Shown: positions 19,116 to 28,712, counted from the first letter of the stretch. The stretch is DNA of 52,105 nucleotides from Actinomycetota bacterium (GCA_009920715.1 RFZO01000001.1:1-52105), one strand, 5' to 3'. Numbers and translations: made by a program. Notes: generated from the sequence alone by a model not told the origin.

Positions 19116-19865
19116 TCAGCGGGCCCAGTGGGCCGTGAGAACGTCCGCCGCGGAGCGCGGATCCTCGACCATCCACCAGTGGCCGACCCCGCCGAGGCGC
19201 GCAGTTGCCGCACCCACCCATGCAGCCACCTCGGCGTGCATGCCGTGGTCGCCCGCATAGTGGTCGTTCTCGGCGATCAGAACGAGTCCGTTCGCGGGCG
19301 CGGCCGAGCGGAACGCTGACCCGAGCGCGGCCATCGCGGGCTGGGCCCCGCTGCGGTACAGCGAGAGGATGGAGGCGGCCATCTCCCCGTTCACCCACTT
19401 CTTCACCTTGCGCGCGATCGTGTCACCCATGCCGAGGCCACCGAAGACCGTGGCGAACGTGTCGTCGTCGAGAGCAACCATCCCCGCAACCATTTCCTCA
19501 CCGGCACCGGCCGTCTGCCAGCCCTGGGCCGCGTCGTGCCACACGTAGTCGGGGTGCAGGAGACCGGCACAGTCCGCCGCCCACGAGCGCACGATCCCGG
19601 GCTCGGCGGCCAGTACGCCGTACACGTGACCCGCGCCCCAGTCGTGGCCGACGAGGTCGATCTCCCCCGGGACGGCGCGCAGCTCGGCAAGCAACCAGTC
19701 GCGGTATTCCGATTGCGTCGCACCGAACCCCGCGGGCACGGGCGCACCGAACCCGGGCGGGACGAGCGTCACCGTGTCGGTGATGCCGCGTCGTGCCAGC
19801 TCGCCGAGCAGGTCATCCCAGATTGCCTCGGTCTCCGGGTTGCCGTGCACGAACACCTTCGTCAT
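19116..19865 (-). CDS. alpha/beta hydrolase (HDWG Asp-nucleophile type, epoxide-hydrolase/dehalogenase-like)
   Basis: 249 aa with FVHGNPE and the VGHDWGAG nucleophile elbow. TACGGT lies 6 nt upstream of the ATG. Confidence 0.75.
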   Translation of the reverse strand: MTKVFVHGNPETEAIWDDLLGELARRGITDTVTLVPPGFGAPVPAGFGATQSEYRDWLLAELRAVPGEIDLVGHDWGAGHVYGVLAAEPGIVRSWAADCAGLLHPDYVWHDAAQGWQTAGAGEEMVAGMVALDDDTFATVFGGLGMGDTIARKVKKWVNGEMAASILSLYRSGAQPAMAALGSAFRSAAPANGLVLIAENDHYAGDHGMHAEVAAWVGAATARLGGVGHWWMVEDPRSAADVLTAHWAR

Positions 19866-19881
19866 GCCGACACCGTAATCG

Positions 19882-21024
19882 TCACCGGGTGCGCGTCCTC
19901 GCGCCCAGAACGAGGAGGGCGGCCGCCGCCGCGACAGCGAACAGGGTCACCCTGAAGTTCGTGAGGTCGGCAAGGAAACCCACGACCACCGCGCTGGACA
20001 GGAACCCGAGTCTCTGCCCGAACGTCATCGCCCCGAGACCCCTCGCCGCGGGCACTCCCGGCAGGCGGGCGGCGATTTCGTACAGCTGGGGGAAAAGAAC
20101 CGACACCCCCAGCCCCCACATTGCGTACGCGACGAATGCGAGGGCGGTGACCGGGGCGACCGCGAGGACCATGGACCCGCCGACGCACAGCCAAGTGCCG
20201 ATGGTGAACATCCGCCTGCTCCCGATGGCGGCCGACACGTGATCGCCCGTCAAGCGGCCGAGAAGCATGGCCGCGGCGAAAACCGATGTTCCGGCCCCCT
20301 TGAGACGCCCCGCCTCGAACACGTCCGTGAGCACCACCGAACTCCAGTCGTTGGGCATCCCCTCGAGCAATGCGAGACCGAAACCCATCGCACCGATGGC
20401 AACCGCGAAACGAACCGCGATCCCGGTGGTTGCCCCACCATCGTGGCCGGCGGAGGGCTCCGGCGGGTCGTCCTCCCCGAGCAACCCCGGCACGGCGAGG
20501 AGCACGACGACCACCATGAAGACCGCCGCTGCGACGAGGTGGACCCCGAGGTCGACATCAGCGGCGGAGGCGAGCCATCCGGTGCCGCCTCCCGCGACCA
20601 TCCCGAGACTCCAGGTCCCGTGCAGCCGCTGCATGACCGGGCGCCCGATGCGCGTCTGCACCATCACGCCCTGCGCGTTGAATGCGACGTCGTTCTGCAC
20701 GTCGTTGAAGCCGAGCAGCGTCAGCAGGAGCAACAACACGGCGGCGTTCGGCACGACGGCCACCAGCGGCACCAGCACGGCCATCATGAGCGAGGCCACG
20801 AGGACGACGGTCCTGGTGCGCACCAGGGCGACGATCCGGGCGACCATCAACGACCCGAGGAACCCGCCGAGTCCGCCGCCGAGAAGCGCGAGGCCGAGCC
20901 CCGAGTTGCTCACGCCCAGCCGGTCCCGCACCTCGTTGATGCGCGGGATCCAGTTGCTGAAGACGAACCCGTTGACGAAGAACACCGCCCCCACGGAGAG
21001 CGTCGATCGCCGGAGGGATGTCAC
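19882..21024 (-). CDS. MFS transporter
   Basis: 380 aa with about 12 predicted hydrophobic helices. GTG start with TACTGT 6 nt upstream (21031-21036). Confidence 0.75.
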   Translation of the reverse strand: MTSLRRSTLSVGAVFFVNGFVFSNWIPRINEVRDRLGVSNSGLGLALLGGGLGGFLGSLMVARIVALVRTRTVVLVASLMMAVLVPLVAVVPNAAVLLLLLTLLGFNDVQNDVAFNAQGVMVQTRIGRPVMQRLHGTWSLGMVAGGGTGWLASAADVDLGVHLVAAAVFMVVVVLLAVPGLLGEDDPPEPSAGHDGGATTGIAVRFAVAIGAMGFGLALLEGMPNDWSSVVLTDVFEAGRLKGAGTSVFAAAMLLGRLTGDHVSAAIGSRRMFTIGTWLCVGGSMVLAVAPVTALAFVAYAMWGLGVSVLFPQLYEIAARLPGVPAARGLGAMTFGQRLGFLSSAVVVGFLADLTNFRVTLFAVAAAAALLVLGARTRTR

Positions 21025-21067
21025 TTCCCCACAGTAATTCGCCGCGTGACGGCGACCGCCGACCCTC

Positions 21068-21847
21068 TCAGCTCTTCTTCTTCGACTTCAGGTACGCCGC
21101 GCTGATCTCGCGGCTCTCCTTGTCGAACGTGGCGAAGACCAGGGCGTCCGCGTCGGCCGCGTTGCGCATGGTGCCCGCCATCTCCTCCGTCACCGCGTTG
21201 ACCTGCTGCTTCGTCGTCCGCAGCGCGTAACCCGGCTTGGCGGCGATCGATTCGGCGAGGTCCTCGACGTGGGAGATGAGTCCCTCGGAGGACACGACGG
21301 TGTTGAGGAAACCCAGGGCCTTCGCCTCGTCGGGATGGAAGCGACGGCACGTGATGACGAGTTCCTTTGTCGCCGCGGGGCCGATCTCGCGGACAAGACG
21401 CGGGATGCCGCCCCACGCGAGCGGGATTCCCAGGTCGACCTCGGGAATCGAGAACACCGCGTTCTGCGCCGCGACGCGCAGGTCACAGCTGGCGGCGAGC
21501 ACGAGCCCGCCACCGACGCAGTGACCCTGGATCGCCGCGATCGTGATCTGCGGCATCGCCGTCACGGTCTCGGCCATGATGCGGCCGAGGTCTGCCGTCT
21601 CGCGCACCCCGAAATTGGCCGAAGGGTTCGCGAAGTCGTCCAGGTCGAAGCCCGCGCTGAACGAACGGCCCTCCCCCGAGACGACGACCACCCGGATGTC
21701 GGACCTGCCCGAGAACCACCGGGCGGCGTCAGCAAGGTCCTGGAGGGTCTGGCGCGAGAGGGCGTTCAGCTTCTGGGGCCGCGCGAGCGTGATGGCACCA
21801 ACTGCGCCTTCCGTGCCGACCCGCAGTGTCTCGAAAACCGGGTCCAT
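21068..21847 (-). CDS. enoyl-CoA hydratase/isomerase (crotonase) family
   Basis: 259 aa with LNAL...VVVVSGEGRSFSAGFDL and GHCVGGG oxyanion-hole motifs. Confidence 0.85.
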   Translation of the reverse strand: MDPVFETLRVGTEGAVGAITLARPQKLNALSRQTLQDLADAARWFSGRSDIRVVVVSGEGRSFSAGFDLDDFANPSANFGVRETADLGRIMAETVTAMPQITIAAIQGHCVGGGLVLAASCDLRVAAQNAVFSIPEVDLGIPLAWGGIPRLVREIGPAATKELVITCRRFHPDEAKALGFLNTVVSSEGLISHVEDLAESIAAKPGYALRTTKQQVNAVTEEMAGTMRNAADADALVFATFDKESREISAAYLKSKKKS

Positions 21848-21942
21848 CGTGTCTCCCCCCTGCCACCCGATGGGAACGGGCAGCCGTGCCGTGAATAGTG
21901 TCTAGCCGTTGCGCCGAGAGCGCGGAAACCCGAGGGGGAACC

Positions 21943-23172
21943 ATGGAACGTGAAGCCTGGATCATCGACGCAGTCCGCTCGCCGCGGGGCAAGGGCAAGG
22001 AGACGGGGGCGCTCCACAACGTGCACCCGCAGCGGATCCTCGCCCAGGTGCTGAACGCACTGCGCGACCGAAACGGCCTCGACACCTCGCTCGTCGACGA
22101 CGTGGTGATGGGGTGCGGCGCAGGCAGCGGCGACCACTCAATGGACATCGCCCGCATGGCCGCCCTCGACGCGGGCTGGTCCCTCGACGCCCCGGGCGTC
22201 ACCCTCAACCGTTTCTGCGGCTCCGGTCAGCAGGCCGTGAACTTCGCGGCGATGGGAGTCCTCTCCGGCATGCAGGACTGCGTGGTCGGTGGCGGCGTGG
22301 AGTCCATGTCCCGCCCCTCCCCGATGCACGTCGACGGTTTCACCGCCAACAACGCCCACCTCCGCGACCAGTTCGACATGGTGCCCCAGGGCATCTCCGC
22401 CGACCTCATCGCCACCGTCGAGGGGTTCTCCCGCGAGGAGTGCGACGCCCTCGCCGTCGAGTCACAGCGCAGGGCGGCCGAGGCGATCAACGAGGGTCGC
22501 TTCGAGCGCTCGCTCGTCCCCATCCTCCACGACGACGGCACGCTCGCTCTCGCGAAGGACGAGCACCCGCGCGCCGGCACAACGCTGGCAGACCTCGCCA
22601 AGCTCACCCCCAGCTTCGAGGGCATGGGCTCCTACAAGAAGGACCCCGACGGTCTCTCCATCGACGAGACCGCCCGGAAGGCCTACCCGCACATCGAGCG
22701 CATCAACCACGTCCACCACGGCGGCAACTCGTCGGGCGTGGTTGACGGCGCGGGCGCCGTCCTCGTGACGTCACCCGAGTTCGCGAAGGCGCACGGCCTG
22801 AAGCCGCGGGCCCGCGTGCTGATGACAGCCGTCGCCGGCACCGAGCCGGTCATAATGCTCACCGCCCCCGGACCGGCAGCGAAGCGCGTCGTGCAGAAGG
22901 CCGGGATGACGTTCGACGACATCGACCTGTTCGAGGTGAACGAGGCGTTCGCCTCCGTCGTGCTCAAGTTCTTCAAGGACACCGGTGTCGACCCAGCGAA
23001 GGTCAACGTGAACGGCGGCGCCATGGCACTCGGTCACCCGATCGGTGCCACCGGCGCGATGCTCATCGGCACCCTGCTCGACGAGCTCGAGCGGCGCGAC
23101 CTCCAGACGGGTCTCGTCACCATGTGCACCGGCGGTGGCATGGGCACGGCCACCATCATCGAACGGGTCTGA
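21943..23172 (+). CDS. acetyl-CoA C-acyltransferase (thiolase)
   Basis: [20 protein letters not shown] (active Cys), and C-terminal [14 protein letters not shown]...CTGGGMG. ATG 21943 has a GGGGGAA SD. The ORF-track start at 21898 is rejected. Confidence 0.9.
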   Translation: MEREAWIIDAVRSPRGKGKETGALHNVHPQRILAQVLNALRDRNGLDTSLVDDVVMGCGAGSGDHSMDIARMAALDAGWSLDAPGVTLNRFCGSGQQAVNFAAMGVLSGMQDCVVGGGVESMSRPSPMHVDGFTANNAHLRDQFDMVPQGISADLIATVEGFSREECDALAVESQRRAAEAINEGRFERSLVPILHDDGTLALAKDEHPRAGTTLADLAKLTPSFEGMGSYKKDPDGLSIDETARKAYPHIERINHVHHGGNSSGVVDGAGAVLVTSPEFAKAHGLKPRARVLMTAVAGTEPVIMLTAPGPAAKRVVQKAGMTFDDIDLFEVNEAFASVVLKFFKDTGVDPAKVNVNGGAMALGHPIGATGAMLIGTLLDELERRDLQTGLVTMCTGGGMGTATIIERV

Positions 23173-23186
23173 CGCGCCGCGGCCGC

Positions 23187-23909
23187 CTAGTGGCGGTCCG
23201 TGAACCCGTAGCAGGCACGCAGGTTCTCGTCGGTCAGCGTGTCCCCCGGCGCACCCTGGGCGATCAGGCGGTGCGCGAGCAGCAGCACCGTGTCCGCGGG
23301 CTCCGCGTCGACCAGGTCATGGGTTGCCATGACCACGCACCGTCCGGCCGCCCGCTCCTCCTCCACCATCCGCGCCACCGCCTTGCGGCCCTGTGCGTCG
23401 AGGCCGGCGGTCGGCTCGTCCAGCAGGAGGACATCCGCCCTACGTGCAAGCACCTGGGCGAGATGAACCCGCTGCTGCTGCCCGCCCGAGAGTGCATGGA
23501 GCGGCTTGTCGCGGAACACCGTCACGGACATGCGCGCCATCGCCTCGTCGACTGAATCCCTGTCGGCTGCTCTCGCCCGGCGCACCAGCCCGAGCGACGG
23601 GTAACGGCCCATCGACACGACATCGCGGGCGCGCAGCGGCAGCGAGGCGAGCGATGCGGGGTGCTGGGGCAGGTAGGCGACGCGGCGGGCGTTGCGGCCG
23701 GGCCACTCCCCCAGCACCGAGCACTCGCCGGCCACCGGCTCGATGAGCCCCGCGAGAGTGCGCAGGATGGTGCTCTTCCCGGAGCCGTTCGTGCCCATCA
23801 GAACCATCAGCTCGCCGGGACGCATGGCCGCCGAGATGCCGTCCACCACCACGTGGCGGTCGTAGCCGACGGCGAGGTCGCCCATCTCGATGAGGGTGGT
23901 GGCGTCCAT
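23187..23909 (-). CDS. metal (Zn/Mn-type) ABC importer, ATP-binding subunit
   Basis: GTNGSGKST, LSGGQQQRV and LLLDEPTAGLD. Start taken at MDATTLIEM (TGATG 1-nt overlap with the permease). The 390-aa ORF-track form is rejected. Confidence 0.85.
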   Translation of the reverse strand: MDATTLIEMGDLAVGYDRHVVVDGISAAMRPGELMVLMGTNGSGKSTILRTLAGLIEPVAGECSVLGEWPGRNARRVAYLPQHPASLASLPLRARDVVSMGRYPSLGLVRRARAADRDSVDEAMARMSVTVFRDKPLHALSGGQQQRVHLAQVLARRADVLLLDEPTAGLDAQGRKAVARMVEEERAAGRCVVMATHDLVDAEPADTVLLLAHRLIAQGAPGDTLTDENLRACYGFTDRH

Positions 23910-24766
23910 CAGTGGCCGTGCCCCGCGTGCGAGGGGTGGGCAGAAACGAAACCGCTGCTGCCTCCGCGAGCGATCAGGGCGACCACGAAGAACGACACCG
24001 CGGTGACGACCACCGTGGCGCCGGCGGCGAGGTCGTGGTGGTAGCTGATCAGGAGACCGGCGTAGTTGCTCGCAGCGCCGACCGCGGCGGCTGTGGCGAT
24101 CATGGTGGGGAGCCTCCGCGTCAGCAGGGCGGCGGTTGCCGCGGGCGCGACCAGCATCCCGAACACCAGGAGGGTGCCGACGGTCCTGAAGGACGCGATC
24201 ACGACCGCCCCGATCAGGGCCATCATGAGGCTGTTGTAGCGGGACGCACGGAACCCCGAGGTCTCGGCAAGATCCGGGTCGATGGCGAGCAGGAGGAACG
24301 GCCTGTGCAGCACCACGGTCGCACCGACCACTGCAGCCGCGGCCGCGAGCAGCCACCACAACTGCGCCGTGCCCACGCCCAGCAACTCCCCGAAGAGGAT
24401 CGCCGTGAGGTCCCCGCGGAACGACTCGGACCGAGACGTGATGATGACGCCGAGGCCGAGCATGCCCACGAACAGAAGGCCGACCGCCGTGTCCGCGGAC
24501 AGCCGTGTGCGACGCTGGACGACCCCCACCCCGCCCATCATCGCGAGAGCCCCCACGGCAGCACCCGCAAGCGCGGGAACGCCGATGAGCACGGCCACGG
24601 CTATGCCGGGCAGCACGCCGTGCGCCAGGGCATCACCGACGAACGCGAGGCCGCGCAGCACGACGAACGTGCCCGCGCACGCGCACAGGATGCTCACGAG
24701 AACCCCCGCGAGCAGTGCGTGCAGCAGGAACTCGTTCTCCGCGAAGGGTCTCCACAGTCCGTCCAT
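23909..24766 (-). CDS. metal ABC importer, permease subunit (ZnuB/MntC/TroC family)
   Basis: 285 aa, polytopic. Start at MDGLWRPFAENEFLLHALLAG with a 1-nt overlap with the SBP stop. Confidence 0.85.
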   Translation of the reverse strand: MDGLWRPFAENEFLLHALLAGVLVSILCACAGTFVVLRGLAFVGDALAHGVLPGIAVAVLIGVPALAGAAVGALAMMGGVGVVQRRTRLSADTAVGLLFVGMLGLGVIITSRSESFRGDLTAILFGELLGVGTAQLWWLLAAAAAVVGATVVLHRPFLLLAIDPDLAETSGFRASRYNSLMMALIGAVVIASFRTVGTLLVFGMLVAPAATAALLTRRLPTMIATAAAVGAASNYAGLLISYHHDLAAGATVVVTAVSFFVVALIARGGSSGFVSAHPSHAGHGH

Positions 24767-25653
24767 CAGGACAGTGCCCCCGCGATCGAGCCCGCAAGGG
24801 CCGCGACGTACCCGGTGTACGAGCCGTCGGCAGGGAGCGCGTGGATACGCAGCTCCACCAGGTCGATTCCCAGCTCCTCCGCCACCTGGCCGACGACGGC
24901 ACCGGGGGCCCCCTCCTCCATGAAAATCGCGCGTGCGTTCCCCGCGGCCTTTCGCACGGCCTCGAGATCCCTCGGTGATGCCTCGGCCGAGGACGAGAAG
25001 GACGGCACCACGACGCCCGTGACGGTGCAGCCGAAGCGGGCCGCGAAGTACGCGAGTGCGTCGTGGTCGGTCACGAGCCTGCACTTCCCGCTGCCGAGCG
25101 CGGCAATCGCCCCGCGTGCCGCGGTTCCCGCGGCCTCCAGTTGTGACCGTGCCGCTGCCGCATCCACGGTCACACCGTCGAGCCGTGCAACAGCCGCAGC
25201 GAGAGAATCGACCGCCCCGGACATGGTGAGCGGGTCGGTGAACACGTGCGGATCGTCACCGATGAGCGTGACGTTGTCCGTCAGCGTCCACAACGTCACT
25301 CCGCCCTCGCGCGCGGCCCTGATGGAATCCTCGAGACCGTGCTCGAAGTCCAGTCCGTTCTGCACCACGAGGTCTGCTGAATTGAGAACGGAGATGTCGC
25401 GCGCCGACGGCTCGAAATCATGGGGGTCCTTCCCGTCCGGGATGACCGTGAGAACCTCCGCGGAATCCCCCACCAGCAACTTCACGAAGGACTGGAGCAC
25501 CGAGTTCGTCGCCACGATGACCGACCGCTCGAAAGTGGGTGAACTTGTCACAGTCACCGACGGCTCGACTCTCGAGGTGTCGGTGGACGACGAGGAACCG
25601 CCGCATCCCGCGACGATGAGCGTCACCGCCAGAGCGATTGCCGACCGGCCCAT
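24766..25653 (-). CDS. metal ABC importer, substrate-binding lipoprotein (cluster A-I, ZnuA/TroA-like)
   Basis: Lipobox LIVAGC. DPHDFEP, DPHVF and TDHDALAYF metal-ligand motifs. No His-rich loop. GGAGGGG SD. Confidence 0.85.
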   Translation of the reverse strand: MGRSAIALAVTLIVAGCGGSSSSTDTSRVEPSVTVTSSPTFERSVIVATNSVLQSFVKLLVGDSAEVLTVIPDGKDPHDFEPSARDISVLNSADLVVQNGLDFEHGLEDSIRAAREGGVTLWTLTDNVTLIGDDPHVFTDPLTMSGAVDSLAAAVARLDGVTVDAAAARSQLEAAGTAARGAIAALGSGKCRLVTDHDALAYFAARFGCTVTGVVVPSFSSSAEASPRDLEAVRKAAGNARAIFMEEGAPGAVVGQVAEELGIDLVELRIHALPADGSYTGYVAALAGSIAGALS

Positions 25654-25671
25654 TTCCCCTCCTCGCCTTGT

Positions 25672-25686
25672 TGAGAACGGTTCTCA
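25672..25686. promoter_or_regulatory. Fur-superfamily (Zur-like) operator candidate
   Basis: Perfect 7-1-7 palindrome TGAGAAC-G-GTTCTCA, followed by TTATCA. It abuts the -10 of the metal-importer promoter. Confidence 0.55.
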
Positions 25687-25714
25687 TTATCATGTTCCAG
25701 ACGCCAAAATGCAA
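25686..25714 (-). promoter_or_regulatory. candidate promoter of the metal ABC importer operon
   Basis: On the minus strand: TTGCAT (25709-25714), 17-nt spacer, GATAAT (25686-25691). About 25-nt leader with an SD. Confidence 0.5.
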
Positions 25715-25721
25715 CCTGACC

Positions 25722-25727
25722 TAGGGT
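25722..25727 (+). promoter_or_regulatory. -10 hexamer TAGGGT, 6 nt before ATG 25734 (leaderless-type)
   Basis: TANNNT-N6-ATG geometry, with no SD. Confidence 0.4.
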
Positions 25728-25733
25728 GAGACC

Positions 25734-26948
25734 ATGACCGGCCCGTTTCTCCACCCGTTCGCCAAGCCCGCCCGCCCCGCATTCATCCGCCTGGTCAGCG
25801 GCCAGGGGGCCACGGTCACGACCGATTCGGGCCAGGTTCTGATCGACGGGATGGCCAGCCTCTGGTACTGCGCCATCGGGCACGGCCGGCGGGAGATGGC
25901 CGAGGCGGTCGCGGCGCAGATCACGTCCCTCGAGGCGTACTCCGCCTTTGACCCCTTCACAACCGAACCGGCCGATGCCGTCAGTGCGCGCATCGCCGCC
26001 CTCTCCCCCATCCGGGACGCACGGGTGTTCCTCTGCGGAAGCGGCTCGGAGTCGATCGACTCGGCAATGAAACTTGCCCGCGTCGCCCACGTGCAGGCGG
26101 GCCGTCCCGAGCGCACGGTCATCATCAGCCGCACCCGCGGGTACCACGGCACGAACTACGGCGGCACCAGCGCCCAGGGCATCGCGCCGAACAAGGTGGG
26201 CTACGGCACCCTTCTCGAGGACGTCATCCAGGTGGACGCCGACGACATCGAGGCAATGTCGATCGCGGTGGAGCAGAACAAGGGTCGTCTCGCCGCGATC
26301 ATCTCGGAGCCGGTGCAGGGAGCCGGGGGTGTGTTCCCCAGCACCACCGAGTACCTGCAGGGTCTGCGCCGGCTGTGCGACGACAACGGCGCATACCTCA
26401 TCTTCGACGAGGTCATCACCGGGTTCGGGCGGCTCGGCGAGTGGTTCGGTGCCACCCACTACGGGGTCACCCCGGACATGATCACGTTCGCCAAGGCCGT
26501 GACCAGCGGGTACCAGCCGCTCGGAGGCGTCATCTGCGCCCCAAGCGTCACGGCACCGCTCGAGTCCGACAAGGAATTCATCCTGCGCCACGGCTACACC
26601 TACTCGGGGCACGCCACCGTCTGCGCTGCCGCGCTGAAGAACATCGACATTCTCGATTCGGAGAACCTCCTGCCCCGGGCCCTCGAGATCGGTGCGCGAC
26701 TGGAGGCGGGACTTTCCGCGCTCGCCGCCGACGGAACGATTGCAGGTGTGCGCGGCCGGGGTGCCGTGTGGGCCGCCGCGCTGAGGCCCGACCAGGACGC
26801 CATCAAGATCCGCGACCGCATGCTGGAACTCGGCGTGATCACCAGGGCGATCAACGACTGCAACACGTTCTGCCCGCCGCTCGTCATAACCGACGCCCAG
26901 CTCGACACGTTGCTCGACGTGTTCGCCACCGCCGCCGCCGGGCGCTGA
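25734..26948 (+). CDS. class-III (omega) aminotransferase, PLP-dependent
   Basis: 404 aa with GSGSESIDSAMKLAR, IFDEVITGFGRLG and TFAKAVTSGY (Schiff-base Lys). Confidence 0.85.
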   Translation: MTGPFLHPFAKPARPAFIRLVSGQGATVTTDSGQVLIDGMASLWYCAIGHGRREMAEAVAAQITSLEAYSAFDPFTTEPADAVSARIAALSPIRDARVFLCGSGSESIDSAMKLARVAHVQAGRPERTVIISRTRGYHGTNYGGTSAQGIAPNKVGYGTLLEDVIQVDADDIEAMSIAVEQNKGRLAAIISEPVQGAGGVFPSTTEYLQGLRRLCDDNGAYLIFDEVITGFGRLGEWFGATHYGVTPDMITFAKAVTSGYQPLGGVICAPSVTAPLESDKEFILRHGYTYSGHATVCAAALKNIDILDSENLLPRALEIGARLEAGLSALAADGTIAGVRGRGAVWAAALRPDQDAIKIRDRMLELGVITRAINDCNTFCPPLVITDAQLDTLLDVFATAAAGR

Positions 26949-26951
26949 GTC

Positions 26952-27821
26952 TCAGCGCGGGAGGCGGGTGACCAGGCTGCTGGTGTCGGCGCGGCCCCGG
27001 CCGCGCTCCATCAGCTCGCGGTAGTAGCCGAGCACCTGCTCGGTGACCGGAATGCGCGACCCGTTGCTGCGGGCCTCGGCGACGGCATACGTGAGGTCCT
27101 TCACCATCCACTCCACGGCGAAACCGAAGTCGAACTCGCCGTCGATCATGGTGCGGGCGCGGTTGTCCATCTGCCAGCTCTGCGCGGCACCCTTGCTGAT
27201 GACGTCGATGACCGCGTGGGGGTCGAGGCCGGCGTTCGACGCGAACGCGATGCCCTCGCTGAGTGCCTGGACGAGTCCGGCGATGCAGATCTGGTTGACC
27301 ATCTTCGCCAGCTGGCCTGCACCGGGGCCCCCGAGGCGCACGAAAGAGCGCGAGTACGCCCCGACCAGCGGCCGGACCACTGCGAGCGACTCCTCGTTGG
27401 CAGCGCCGCACATCACGGTGAGGACGCCGTTCTCCGCCCCCGACTGACCGCCCGAGACCGGTGCGTCCACGAAGACGACACCGTGGACCTCGCACGAGGT
27501 GGCCATGTCGACGGCAAGTTCGGCACTTGTGGTGGTGTGGTCGACGACGACAAGGCCCTCGTGGGCGCCGTCCAGCACGCCCCCGTCGCCGAGGATGACC
27601 TGGCGGACATCATCGTCGTTGCCGACGCACAGGAACACCACGTCGCTCGCGGCCGCCACTTCGGCAGGTGTGGGCACCGCCCGGCCGCCGTTCGCAGCGA
27701 CCCACTCGAGGGCCCGGGACGAGGTGCGGTTGTACACCGTGACGTCGTGACCGGCGGCGGCGAGGTGACGCGCCATCGGCGCACCCATGACCCCCAGGCC
27801 GCAGAACCCGACTCGGGCCAC
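26952..27821 (-). CDS. NAD(P)-dependent 3-hydroxyisobutyrate/6-phosphogluconate dehydrogenase-family oxidoreductase
   Basis: VGFCGLGVMGAPMARHL Rossmann start. 289 aa. Begins 4 nt after the carD stop. Confidence 0.8.
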   Translation of the reverse strand: MARVGFCGLGVMGAPMARHLAAAGHDVTVYNRTSSRALEWVAANGGRAVPTPAEVAAASDVVFLCVGNDDDVRQVILGDGGVLDGAHEGLVVVDHTTTSAELAVDMATSCEVHGVVFVDAPVSGGQSGAENGVLTVMCGAANEESLAVVRPLVGAYSRSFVRLGGPGAGQLAKMVNQICIAGLVQALSEGIAFASNAGLDPHAVIDVISKGAAQSWQMDNRARTMIDGEFDFGFAVEWMVKDLTYAVAEARSNGSRIPVTEQVLGYYRELMERGRGRADTSSLVTRLPR

Positions 27822-27825
27822 GTGA

Positions 27826-28428
27826 CTACTCGTCGTCTTCGTCGTCGTCGGCCTTGGCCTTCTTCGGGGCCTCGGCTTTCTTCTTGGCGGCCTTTGCGGG
27901 CTTCAGCACGCCCTTCTCGAGCGCGGCGTTCAGGAACTTCTCCGCTTCCTCGGTGGACACCTTCAGTGCCGGCGCGATCTCGGAGATGAGGTTGACGCGG
28001 GCCCGCTCGTACATGGTGCGCTCAGCTGCCGACAGCGAGGCATCCCTGTTGCGGGCCGCCAGGTTTCTCACGACCTCGGCCACCTGGTACACGTCGCCGC
28101 TCTTCAGCTTCTCCTGGTGGTTCTTGAACCGTCGCGACCAGTTGGACGGCACGCGCGGATCGGCCTTGGAGAGAACAGCCACCAGATCCTCCAGCTCGTC
28201 AGGGTTGACAGGGGGCCGCACGCCCACCTCGTCGAGCTTCGCCGTGGGGACACGGAGGGTCATCTCGTTGATGACGGTCTCGAGGATGAGGTACTCCTCT
28301 TTCTTGCCGCCGCCGGGGAACTCGAGCTTCTTGACCCCCTTCACCTTGCAGGCACCGTGCTGGGGGTAGATGACGATGTCATCTTTCTTGAAATTCACGG
28401 GGCGAAGTGTACGAGGTGAGTGCGCCAA
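27826..28428 (-). CDS. carD: CarD-family RNA-polymerase-binding transcription regulator with a Lys/Ala-rich plus acidic C-terminal tail
   Basis: FKKDDIVIYPQHGA...SNWSRRFKNHQEKLKSGD...VAEVVRNL closely parallels mycobacterial CarD. TTG 28428 has a GGGGGAGGG SD 9 nt upstream. GTG 28398 is an alternative start. Confidence 0.85.
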   Translation of the reverse strand: MAHSPRTLRPVNFKKDDIVIYPQHGACKVKGVKKLEFPGGGKKEEYLILETVINEMTLRVPTAKLDEVGVRPPVNPDELEDLVAVLSKADPRVPSNWSRRFKNHQEKLKSGDVYQVAEVVRNLAARNRDASLSAAERTMYERARVNLISEIAPALKVSTEEAEKFLNAALEKGVLKPAKAAKKKAEAPKKAKADDDEDDE

Positions 28429-28451
28429 CCAGCGATTCCCTCCCCCGAATC

Positions 28452-28480
28452 GTCATGCTGATGTCATGCTAGAGTCATGC
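28452..28480 (+). promoter_or_regulatory. three direct GTCATGC repeats at 11-bp phasing; probable VapB (RHH) operator
   Basis: GTCATGC occurs at 28452-28458, 28463-28469 and 28474-28480. The repeats overlap the extended -10 and the start site of vapB. Confidence 0.5.
28467..28475 (+). promoter_or_regulatory. extended -10 (TGCTAGAGT), 6 nt before vapB ATG (leaderless-type)
   Basis: TGn-TAGAGT-N6-ATG 28482. No SD and no good -35. Confidence 0.4.
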
Positions 28481-28481
28481 C

Positions 28482-28712
28482 ATGGCCGCCCTGCAGGTGA
28501 AAAATGTCCCCGATGACCTCCACGAGGAGCTGCGGGAGGTCGCCGCACAACGCGGCTGCACCATCAGCGACCTCGTTCTCACGGCGATCCGCAAGGAGCT
28601 GCGCAGACCGCGGATGACCGCATGGCTCGACACTGTCTCGGCCATGCCGCGCGTCGACGTGACGAACAAGGAGATCCTCGACGCCATCGACGACGGGCGC
28701 AGGGGTCGATGA
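28482..28712 (+). CDS. vapB: ribbon-helix-helix antitoxin (FitA/VapB-like)
   Basis: 76 aa. LQVKNVPDDLHEELREVAAQRGCTISDLVLTAI is a typical RHH N-terminus. ATGA overlap with the toxin gene. Confidence 0.8.
   Translation: MAALQVKNVPDDLHEELREVAAQRGCTISDLVLTAIRKELRRPRMTAWLDTVSAMPRVDVTNKEILDAIDDGRRGR

Noticed and set aside
18069-25732. The TetR operator half-site GTGAGAC also occurs just before the LLM start (18069-18075) and the aminotransferase start (25726-25732), which hints at a regulon.
   Set aside because: No partner GTCTCAC arm is found at the 15-nt spacing in either place. A 7-mer is expected several times by chance in 52 kb. The match may just reflect similar -10/discriminator sequence (TAnnGTGAGACC-start).
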